Positions 53,190 to 64,000 of a stretch of DNA of 64,000 bases are shown piece after piece. Made by a program: the position numbers and the translations under genes. The stretch's first letter is position 1. The number at the start of each line of letters is the position of its first letter. The DNA is from Nageia nagi (Eukaryota > Plantae > Pinophyta), in assembly GCA_050084985.1 (NCBI GenBank), contig JBITNC010000002.1:21576001-21640000 (forward strand), read 5' to 3'. Below the pieces are notes generated by a model. The model was not told where the DNA came from. It saw only the letters and a program-made list of their open reading frames with translations, and made no database searches.

Positions 53190-54450
53190 TTCTGCCAAGA
53201 GGTATTATAAATGATAGACAAGGGGAGAGGCAAAGAGTTGATTTATCACTTGTGTGTAAGTATACTATTAATCTAACTCTTGAAATTGATCCACTACTAT
53301 AACATTTGAATAAATGGATGGTTGAAACAAGTCCTTAAATCTTTTTTTTTCATATTTAATTATTATTTCGTATTTAATAGTTAAATGATATTTATTATAT
53401 TTTTATAAGTAATATCTTTATGTGATATTTATTACATCTTTCTTGATAAATTTTTTAATATAATTATTTAATAATCATTATGTAATATATAAAGCTATTT
53501 AAGATGGACACCTCTTAATACCTTTTGAAGTTAAATGTAGATATATATTTAAGATATATAAGCTAGTTTATAAACTTTAATGTCTTTTTCAATGTTTGGT
53601 TTGTTGGCATAGTTTTAAGGATTAAAAAACTTGTTATTTTACATGATATTATGATCTATTAGATACAACTTTTATTTACAAATGGAAGGGGAACTTAACA
53701 TTTAAAATACATTAAATTATATAAAATAATCTTAATCTTACAATTTGGGTATGTTTATTTAATGAATAACTTTATTCTATCATGCATGACCTCGGCTGAC
53801 GGATCAATATGGAATTATCCGGAGGTTGGCAGAAATAGGTGGGCGTTCGAATCTCGTGAATAAGAAGAATTGGGGGGTGTCCCCATTTGGATACCACTAT
53901 AACATAATATAAATTTCACTTATCTACATATTATAACTTTTCAATTATTTACTAATTTAGATATTTTAAGTATATATTTACAAAACATTAAGAGGTATCA
54001 ATTTTCAAGCATCTATTTTAAATATCTTTATATATTACATAAATATTACTAAATATAAATAAACAAAAATATAAATAAATTCAAACAAAAATATTATAAT
54101 TTGATTTCAACTAGAATTAAATGAATACTCTTTATACATAAATATTATTAAATAAAATAAAAAATAGATAACTATAGATGCAATAAATATCATACAAATA
54201 TTATTTATAAAAGAAATATAATAAATATCATATAATAATAATCAAATATGAAACAATAACTAAATAGTTATGGATTAATTTAAACCATCCATTTAAATAG
54301 TTATAAATATGAATCAATTTTCGCCATTGGGTTATTTTTAAACTTACACACAAGAGACAAATGGGATATCTACCTCCCCTTATCTCTCATTATAGAATAT
54401 CTCTCATCCTTAATTATCTATCTAATATTAAAAAAATTATGTATCATTAA
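53190..54450. repeat. Degenerate long inverted repeat (arms ~53190-53580 and ~53930-54450) around a GC-richer core
   Basis: AATGATAGACAAGGGGAG..CTTGTGTGTAAGT pairs with the reverse complement of ACTTACACACAAG..CCTCCCCTTATCTCTCATT; ATGTAATATATAAAG pairs with CTTTATATATTACAT. Arm-like sequence also occurs at ~15370-15570, 26150-26316 and 57200-57500. Confidence 0.6.
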
Positions 54451-54731
54451 AATAACAAACTCTCAAAATTTAAAATCAATAGTTCATTAGGTTAACTCAT
54501 GCCCATGAAGAGTTATTTACATGTTCAAATCCTTGAGGTCTCTTAGAACGGAAGATATATCATGCTAGCATCATCAGATACAATAAAAAAATTATTTTTG
54601 CATAAATATAAACTATAATAGCAGTAAGCATGAACTTACTTAGTCCTAGAATTATTAGAAACATGAAAGCAAAGACTTTCAACATGAATAATTATGAAAA
54701 ACTACAAGTAAAATTATAAATGAAGAAGAGG

Positions 54732-55192
54732 TCATTCGTAGAGGGAGAGAGGAAAATAAGGGATGGGGATGGAAACGAGTGGCACAACCTTATGAAGGAT
54801 GTGACCAAATGCCTCCTCCATGTCAAACTTCACTAGTATTTGTCCCATCGGTAGCGACCACTTGGAATGAATGAATCAACATGCCCAACATCAATTGCAC
54901 CATCCAAATGCCCATTCTCATCCCACACATATCTACCATCTTACACTTAACTGTATCACTTAAAAAAATGTAACCCTCACATCCATGCTCGACCCCACAA
55001 ACTAATTTAGATCGAACTTGAGGGGCCATTCCCACACATCTGTGTGGCACTAGATGCCCCACACATTCACCATCAGTTTTGCATTCATATGAATATACTA
55101 TCCTTTAATATTTCACACTTATAATATAATATATGGTAGCAAAAGAGGAATTGATGGCTACATTTGGAATGTATCCTTTACCATAGCTTGAA
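54732..55192 (-). pseudogene. CYP75B copy B: decayed exon-2 fragment truncated by a LINE
   Basis: Aligns to copy A exon 2: LQAMVKDTF.., FDLN*FVGSSMDVR, VIQLSVRW*ICVGMRMGIWMVQLMLGMLIHSF, ..LSLYE*. Confidence 0.85.
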
Positions 55193-55215
55193 GTTGTGGC
55201 TCGTTAAAATCCATT

Positions 55216-57363
55216 ATAAACCAGGGTTCATCCCCATATCTAGATACCTTGATGTTATCATCAATTACATGCTTATTACTCTTATGAATGTGACTTACAA
55301 TGTTATTTCCAAAGCCTTAGCTTTAAAGCTTAAACGCCTTCTTCCATAAATTATTCACTTTGAGCAAATTGGTTTTATCCAAAGCTAATACATTCTTGAT
55401 AATGTAAGAATAATTTGGGAAAGAATGGAACGAGATAGATATTCAAAGCAAGATATATTTTTATCAAAATTAATTTGGAAAAATCCTATGACAAGATTGA
55501 ATGGTACTTTATCATCAACATGCTTAAGACTCTAGGATTCATTTTTTTTTTATCAATTTAGTGAAAATGTAATTCAAGTTAACTTCAATAGTTCTTACCT
55601 TGCCTTGAATAATTGTAAGTCTGAAGTCATTCATCTTGGCCAGTCTATTCACCAAGAATTCCCTCTTATTCCTTCCTTATTTATCCTTGATAGATAAGCA
55701 TTTGGATATCTTCTATGCATAAAGCATCTCATGAAAACTATTTAAGGTATTTATCTCCCATATTCAAATCATCAACTAATTAATGAGAACTTTGCTGATA
55801 ATTACTTATTGATAATCATGATAGATGAAAATTCTTTTGCTATTGATGTTAAATGCCTAGATGTGTTTTGTCTTGCTTTTTGTTCTAATGTTCAATGGAG
55901 AAAAATACCATGTTACAGACTCCCGAAGTGGTTGGGACACACTCAAACTTTAGGCTTCTACTATACTCACACTAGGGATTGGATCTCATGGGAGACCTTC
56001 AAGCAATTCTATAGTTTGAAACTAGAAGATAAAGATACATATGATGTGGTTATAAACTAAATTCCCTTCACCATTTGGTGTAAATTATCAAGGTATTATC
56101 AAAGACCATAGTGGATTGATTAATTTTGTTCCAGGCAAGTTCTACTGTTGTAGTATAAAGCTTATCTTGGATATACTCAACTTTCTCCATATGTTCCAAT
56201 GGGCAACTCCCTAAATGAAAGATGGGATCTTATCTCATCTCCTTCTAGGTGGAGTACATGATTTAAGATGGCCTAAGCCCCTTATATTGAACCCAAATAT
56301 GTTTGTTTTGCCTAGAGTGTCATACAACAAGGTTTACCATTAGGACAATGTCTTAAATATCTAAGTATCGAAAACCCTACTTGTGTTTTCAATGGTGAGC
56401 CTAAATATTTTTTGCACCTTTTTGGAGATGTATATGGGCTCAACTAACATGGAAATGACTTCTATTTTCCTTTTTTAGACCCTTCGTGCTCAACTCCTTT
56501 TCTCGACCTCATGTTATTCTAGGTGATCCAATTGAATTTTCTAACCACTTAACTATTGTATGGAATATTTTTCATATTAACACCCTATTCCATCTTTAGA
56601 AGATATGCAACAAAGTAATATTCAATTAGTAAGATACTTCTCTTTTTATTTCTCTTGCTTATAAATTTTATATTTTTTACAATTATTGGTTGCAGATCAT
56701 TGTTTAGGTTTAGAAAGTCAATGTGGAGAAACAACACCTCCAGAACCTTATGGATCATTCAAGGGGGATGCTCCATGCGCCATGAGCAAGGTCCCTCCAA
56801 GTTTATCACCTTGGGGACATTCACGATCGCATTCTCACTCCCAACGTAGCTTATAATCTTGGCCTATGAATCCACTTGAGGAAAGGCATTGGTCACAACC
56901 TCCTCTCAATCAAAAGTATCCTAATGCTTGTGGAGGGAGCCCCTCTTTGGATGGGATGAATGTCTTTCAACCTCTGAACTAGTAATTGGATGGGGTGATA
57001 CTACCATCACTCCCACGAGTGCTCACGATAATCATTGTGGGGAGGAAATTAATGCTTCTAATGACCAAGATTGGCATGTACCCACACCGTCTTAGTGTGT
57101 GGTATTATGATCACTTCGTGAAAAAAATTTGAGCTCATTCCCCATATCACAATGATGTGGATTGATTGTAGTTAATTATAATAAATGTATCTTGGCGTGT
57201 ATTTTTAACGACCATAATTTTATTTGGTATAATAATTAAATGTGAAACAAAAATTAAATAAGAAAAAAAAGTGAATTAATTTCAATTATCCATTTATACA
57301 AGTTATAAATGTGGATTTATTTCAACCATTGAATTATTGTTAAATATACACATAAGAGATAAA
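55216..57363 (+). repeat. Partner of the 24165-26316 duplication; L1 RT remnant ~55195-56550
   Basis: Near-identical sequence and the same RT motifs. Confidence 0.92.
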
Positions 57364-57908
57364 TGAGCTCTATAGCTTTCATTGTCTATCATTATCGAAT
57401 TCCTATCATATTTAATTATCTATCTAATATTAAAAAAAAAAAAAAATTATGTACCATTAAAATAACAAACTCTCAACACTTAAGATCAATAGTTCATTAT
57501 GTCAACTCATGCCCACAAAGAAGCATTTAAAATGACCACCACAAATTCTATGCATTATATTATATCATATAACATAAGCATTTAAAAAGTTTACCAAAAA
57601 TATGGGTTATAGTGACAAGAAGAAAGGTAAAAAAGTAAAATATATTAACGTTTACGGTAGATCAATCGATCTTTTGAACGTCGTAGTAAGTCATTACATA
57701 CAATCAACCCGGGATGAAGAAAGAATAATTTAACTAATTATGGACTTCTCTAATCTAAACAAATCACAACAACCCAAATTATTTGTATTATCTAGATTGC
57801 ATTACTACAACTATGCTATGATTTATTTATTGGAAAAACATGTAAGCAGAGACTTGCAGCTTGGAGAATTATGAGGGACTGGAAATAAAGTCGGAAACGG
57901 AGAGGAGG

Positions 57909-59161
57909 TCAGTCGTAGAGGGAGAGAGGCAGCCGAGGAGCGGCAACCGCGACGAGCGGCACGGCCTTCTGAAGGGTGAGACCGAACGCCTCCTTCATGT
58001 CCAACTTCGCGGCATCTGCCCCGCCGGCAGCGACCAGTGGAAGGAATGGATGAGCGTGGCCAACATGAGCTGCACCATCCGAATGCCCAGACTCATTCCC
58101 GCGCATATGCGCCTCCCCGCTCCGAACGGTATCACCTCAAAGTCCGTACCCCTCACGTCCACGCTGGACCCCACAAACCGATCCGGGTCGAACTCCAGGG
58201 CCGGTCCACACCTCCGGTCGCGCTGGATGCCCACGCATTCACCATCAGCCGTGCAGGACGCTTAGAAAATCCTTTTTCTCATTTTCGTGCTCAGCTGAGG
58301 CGGAGGCGGCGGCGGCTTCGTGCTCAGCTGAGGGGGAGGCGGCGGCGGCTTCGTGCTCGGCCATTATGACCTCCAAGAACGCGTCGAACCTCTCATGCAG
58401 CTTCTTCATCTTGGCCTCCACACCTTGCAAGTCCATCCACGCTATAGACGGTATGAAATCGCCAATGTTAAACACGCCCGCCAACACCATCATTTCCACC
58501 ACCATCTCCTTAAACTCGGCGGCGGCACGCCCTCCGCCCTCGGAGTCGAACACACGCTTACTCAACATCACCCGTCCCAACACATTGGCCGTACAGACAT
58601 TCAGCAGCTTTCCCAAGTTCACCGCCGTCACCCCCCAGCGCTGCCGCTGGTGGCGGAGAATCGACTTCACGAGCTCCGCCACCTCCGCCTCCCTCACCGC
58701 ATGGAGATCGTTCAGGCCTTGCTACCAAAAAGATGGATATTACAAACCTTACGTAGAAGTCTCCAACGCGGGCCGTGGGACGCCCACACCATGTCGTTGG
58801 AGTCGTAGGCAATATATTTTGCACCGGCATTGCCAGGCCGGTTGGAGAAGTTGGCATCGTTGGTTTTGAGAAAGGCCTCGGCTATTTTGGGAGAGGAGGC
58901 GATGATTGTGTCGGTGGTGCCCAACTTCATGTACATAAGAGGACCATATTGTTTGGAGAGGTGGAAGAGGGAACTATGGGGCGTCGTTCCAAGGAGAGGG
59001 AGGCTGCCGATGACCGGCCATCCGGATGGACCGGGTGGAAGCCGTCTCCTACGAATCCCATTCACAATATAGACCACTCCCACTATGAACAAAACCGCCA
59101 AACCAACACCTTGGCGACTCCATAGAGGCAACCATTTCAGAAATTCAATCACCAACCCCAT
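57909..59161 (-). pseudogene. CYP75B: CYP75B copy C: mosaic pseudogene lacking the intron, I-helix and K-helix
   Basis: ORFs 58712-59161, 58245-58697 and 57909-58234 are CYP75B fragments. KKDFLSVL is joined directly to ARLMVNAW at ~58253-58255. Several 1-bp deletions. Confidence 0.88.
58284..58361. repeat. In-frame 33-bp tandem repeat in copy C (AEHEAAAASPS / AEHEAAAASAS / AEHE)
   Basis: TTCGTGCTC starts at 58284, 58317 and 58350. Confidence 0.9.
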
Positions 59162-60803
59162 AATGAGTGGCTTGCTATGAAGCGGTTCGGCTTCTATATC
59201 GATTTTTAAGGCTGATTTTGGCGATGAGGAAGCACCCTATTTCTTGAGAACAATAAATTGAATTCACCAAGCGATGTACTGCGGTGCAGGGGGAGTAATG
59301 ATGAGGGACGAAGACCTTCAGACCTGTCTAATCCGTCCAGAAGATATTGAAGAAAAGCTAAGTTCTCATAGACTCCTAGTATAGAAAATGGATTTAAATT
59401 TTGTACGAATGGTTTTAACAACGTTAGAATATCTCAATAGTGATGTGCGTCGACGAATTTGATAGGAGATTCAGATCTGTTTTGGGTAATTCTTCTTCCC
59501 ACGCAGAGACCATGTTATAAGAATTAAAACAACTCCACCTGTCCATGCAGCTTTCGCCTACCATTCTTGGCTGTTGTATGTCTGAAGCAAGCAAATAAGC
59601 CTCCTTGACATAGTATAAGTGTTAATCAGGTAATTTTTGTTGACCTGTTTATTTTTACATAATACATTTCTACCAGGTAATTACATAATATGCATGTTTT
59701 TTGTAGTGGGAATTGAACATGAAATTACAAATAAATCAGGATCATTAAAATAATTTAAGTTTTTAAATATAAATAAGTTTGGTATAAAGTGTTAATCAGT
59801 TAATTTTTGTTTATTTATTTATTCTTATATAATATATTTGTAATGAATTAGATACGTAGTCACAACTATTAAGGTAAGGAACTTCTTATAAATGTAAATA
59901 ATCTTCATCGTCATGGTATAAAGTGTTAATTAGTTGATTTGTTCATTTTTATATAATACATTTTAAGCAAATTAGATATGAAGCCAGAACCATTAAAGTA
60001 AGGTACTTTTTTATAAAAGTTGATGTTGAGATTTGATTGTCATCTTACGTATTCTAAAGTAAAGTTGCAAGATAAATAAATAATCAAAGTCAGGATTCAA
60101 ATTTCAAGTAAAAAATATTTTAATATTTTATTAATATATTTTTCATAACATATAATATATTTATTATAGAAATATCATATTTTTTCTCTTTTTCAATTTC
60201 ATCGTTATTATAATATATTATATTATTTAATTAGGTTTTATTATTTAACCAATTTTCATTTAATATAAGAGTAATATTTGTAAATAATATTCAATTAGGA
60301 GAAAAGATGAATGAAGGCATGAAAGTGGAGCAATTGCTCCCTTATGACTATGATTGTGGGTTAGGGGAGGGTCCTCTTGACATACTTGCTTCCAAAAAGC
60401 TTTATTTTGAATGGGAACTTCATTTTTATCTTTTCCTCATATGAAGAAATAAATAGTGCATTCAACAATGGACCATGTTTATTTTGGAGCAACATGCTTA
60501 TTTTTTCAAACCTTTGAACATGGGATTTGATGTAGAGAATGAGCTCCCAAATGCTTTACCCATTTGAATCCACTTATTTTATTTGTCTAATAATCTTAAA
60601 ATAAAATAAAAAATTACCAAACAACCTTGAAAATTTTAAAATTTGTATTATTCAATTATCGATGAATGTTGATTTATAGAGAATTATTGGCAAAGATCTA
60701 TTAAATGATGTATGATATTTAGTTGAGAAGATTAATCTTCCATTTAAAATAAAGGTTATTTCTAAAAATATAATATTAATGTTATACATAACTATTTACA
60801 TAT

Positions 60804-60961
60804 ACTAGCTTTTATATAACCCCTTATATATCAAAAAACCCCGAGAGATATCATTTCGAGGCGCCTATCTCATTTCTTGGTATTGCTATATCCAAGATAG
60901 GCACCTCGAAATGATATCTCTCGGTGTTTTTTGATATATAAGGGGTTATATCAAAGCTAGT
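60804..60961. mobile_element. 158-bp palindromic MITE-like element, copy 2
   Basis: Same length and loop as 17556-17713; 67-bp arms with 3 mismatches. Confidence 0.8.
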
Positions 60962-63900
60962 GGCAGCCATTATCGCGTGATTATTGAATTATAATATTAA
61001 GAGATACAATACAAATGCAAATATTATTTTAAAAATAATGTTTAACAAATGAATATGACTCATACATAAGGAGTCATTGACAAATAATACTATGTTTAAT
61101 CAAATACTATGCTAGATATTATTTGATATATAGTATTTGTTTAATAATATTCCATGTATGACTCATAGATGGAATATCTAGCATAGTATTTGCTTTAGAG
61201 AGATTCCAGGCCATCTGATAATTGGAAATATAGTACACAATCTATATGACATTATAATAGCATTCAGTACCGCATCTCCAAGCCTGAGCTCATCTGCTCA
61301 AATCACTCTTCAAATATGCAACCATTGCGATAAGATGTACCAAAGCGTTTCTCATACATGAGCCAAACAAGGGAATACAGATAACTTGATAAAACGTTAC
61401 AGGTAGGATGAATACATATGGGCTTCTGTTGTGCTTTACCTAGATATCATCATATTTTCCTATCTCTATTTACAGTGTTTAGAGCTTTTGAATGAAAATT
61501 AGGAATTACAAATGCAAACATGTAAATCAGATGTATCATTTTGGAAAAAATAGGGGCACCTTAATTAGAGCCTTTGTATACGAAGGTCTCTTCATTTGTT
61601 GAGAGTAGTAATACTTTTGGCAATTATATTTGTATTTACCAAGATTAATCTGTACAAAAACTATTGATAAAAGTAATTCAACAAATAAGATTTTGTTTTA
61701 CATGTGCATTCAAAGATGAATAAAAATACTAAATAATCTACCTTATACCCATTACACGAGGTTGCAATGGCTAGTTATATGAATATTTGGTTATCATGTC
61801 CTTGATCCTATGATAATCTTTTTATTATATTTTCAAGCTTGAAGATGTAGGCCAAGTTAATGCCTCTATCTTTTAAGTTTTCTAAATTAGGAAACATATT
61901 ATGTTTACAATTTCTTAAATTACTAACTCGTATTTTATTATTTTAATCTAATTCCCTTGATTTCCTTGGAGGGAAACTTCATAATAAGAAATTATTTTAT
62001 ATATGAAAACTATAAAACAAAGCACTTATCAAGCAATGGAGAAGAAACTTATTTGAACATGAAGTTTGTGGATGATGGAGCAGATTCTAAAATTGAAGAG
62101 TGACTATTCTCTATTATTGTCACCTTGATATCTTGTTAATAGTCCTGATTCATACCTTTATGGAGCAATTAACACACACCTTTTATTCATTTATATCATT
62201 ATTGACAAATCATATAAGTCATAATCAATCATGTTAACCCTACTAAGACTATCATAAAAAATTTCAAAACCATCGTAACATTCTTCATGCAACCAAAAAA
62301 TCTTGATAGTAATGATAAAAGATACCATATCATTTTCAAAATTGTTAAAACATTCTTTTGTACAATATTTCTAATCAAACTTTTTTATGAAATACATTTG
62401 TATTTGTGTGCAATCGTTATTTTTATTATTTAAAAAATTAAATAAATGCTCAAATTTTTATTCCTTATCAAACATAACACATGTTAAAATAAATTCTTCA
62501 AAATACACTGTATTCTAAAATCTGTATTTTTATTCCTTATCAAAGATAATACTCAAATTTGTATTCCATCAATTCTTGCAACGCCATTCTTGTGTTGGGC
62601 ATCTTCCATTATTACCATCATCGTCATCAAGCAATAGAGCTAGCTCAGACCTGACTGTATCCAGATTTGACAATTCGAATTTGATACAGTAGCCGAATTA
62701 CCGGCACATGCATGCCGACAGTTTTATTACAAGTCCGCATGAAACACACCGACGCGCTCTCTCCATTCAGATATTTGAGCTCTTTACACTGCGATAAGCG
62801 CAAAACATTGTCAGCGACATTTCCCAATCACGCCTTCAAAGTGAGAGACGGGATATTCAATGAGTATATTATCTATCCAGCATATGCTCTTCGAGATCGA
62901 CTTCCCAATGGAGTACTACAATGGAGGGGTCGAAATTGACTCGAAAGGAAGGAGACGAAAGGCAAGTCTAAGGACAGTCGTTGTTTTTCTCAAATATTTT
63001 CTGTGGACAATATTCCAATTTCATGTATCGCTAAAACTTCTACTATATACTAAAATTATCATCTTCTCCAAAGCCATCAAAAGAATTTGTATATTATATC
63101 TTAAAATCACAAAATTATAAAAGCTTTTCTAGATCTTAAAAAAATCATAGATTCTTTCAATTAATTTTTGATGGAATTTTTAACTGCTTTGATGCTATGA
63201 AGAATTATTTAAGTATTTCATAAGAATCAAATATCATGATATTTTCACACATATCAATAATTGGGTTGTTAAGCACATCAAGTTATATAATCAATAATTT
63301 GGTTGTTAAGCACCAACATCATGTCTACAATGAAATAGTAGTGTACTTTAAGTAGGCACATCAAATTATATAATCCATGTTAAATATCTTAGATCATTAA
63401 TTATATAACAAGATGTTTAATCTTAAATATGGATCTCCCCTATCTATGTACACATTTAAATTTTACTTAAGAGTGAAGGATATAGGGTAAAAGTATTAAG
63501 AAATACTAATGTGTTAAATATAATTAAGGCTTACACATAATTACACTAAATTTAGCTTAGCTTCCAACAAAATCCTTTTTTTACAAGAAATTAGAACACA
63601 TTTTACAAGATGTTTTTTTGGCTTCTGACTAGATTTAACTTTATGAAATTTACTCGAGACACTTCAATCCAAAATGAATCTCTAAGTATAGATTTAATTA
63701 ATATTTGTAAATACAATTGAATAATATCTTAAATTGATAATTAAAATTTGTAAAAAGGAAACATGAAAAATTTCTTTTATTTCATTGTATTTCCTCTTGA
63801 ACATATTAAAATTATTTGTTCTTTTACCAACAAACGAAATTACTACCATTACAAAATTTAATGGATTTCTTTCACAAATTCAATAGCTTTTACATAATAA

Positions 63901-64000
63901 GAATTCAGAATGAAACATGGCTCTCTATCCTTTGATGGATACCAATATCTCAGGATGGCATTGCTACCACCCTCTACTTGCACACTCAAGTTCTGAAAAT

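Noticed and set aside
53855-53870. GTTCGAATC B-box-like motif suggesting a tRNA or SINE
   Set aside because: No cloverleaf, A-box spacing or tail could be built around it.
57909-59161. Copy C as a processed retrogene
   Set aside because: The intron loss is not at the exon junction and removes coding sequence on both sides; there is no poly(A) tail or TSD.

Overview
Plant nuclear DNA, AT-rich and dominated by transposons. A gymnosperm source is inferred from the CYP720-like P450 and the heavily C>T-decayed retroelements; this is not proven. The genic content is a minus-strand tandem array of CYP75B/flavonoid 3'-hydroxylase-like genes. Copy A (18130-20825, two exons) is intact apart from two 1-bp homopolymer deletions that may be assembly errors. 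Copy B (54732-55192) is a decayed exon-2 fragment, and copy C (57909-59161) is a mosaic, internally deleted pseudogene. A CYP85-clan (CYP720-like) P450 pseudogene (15793-17250) lies tail-to-tail with copy A. The rest is nested TE debris: a gag-only LTR element containing a copia solo LTR with a TSD, Ogre/Tat remnants carrying an antisense Plant Mobile Domain ORF, a non-coding element with 1.93-kb LTRs, a degenerate Ty1/copia, L1 LINE fragments, a 158-bp palindromic element in two copies, and a near-identical 2.1-kb duplication. A 100-N assembly gap lies at 39394-39493. No novel system can be demonstrated from sequence alone. The best leads are the diverging, gene-converting CYP75B array with unusual substrate-recognition residues, the covarying palindromic element, and the non-autonomous LTR elements. 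All alignments and identities were judged by eye.
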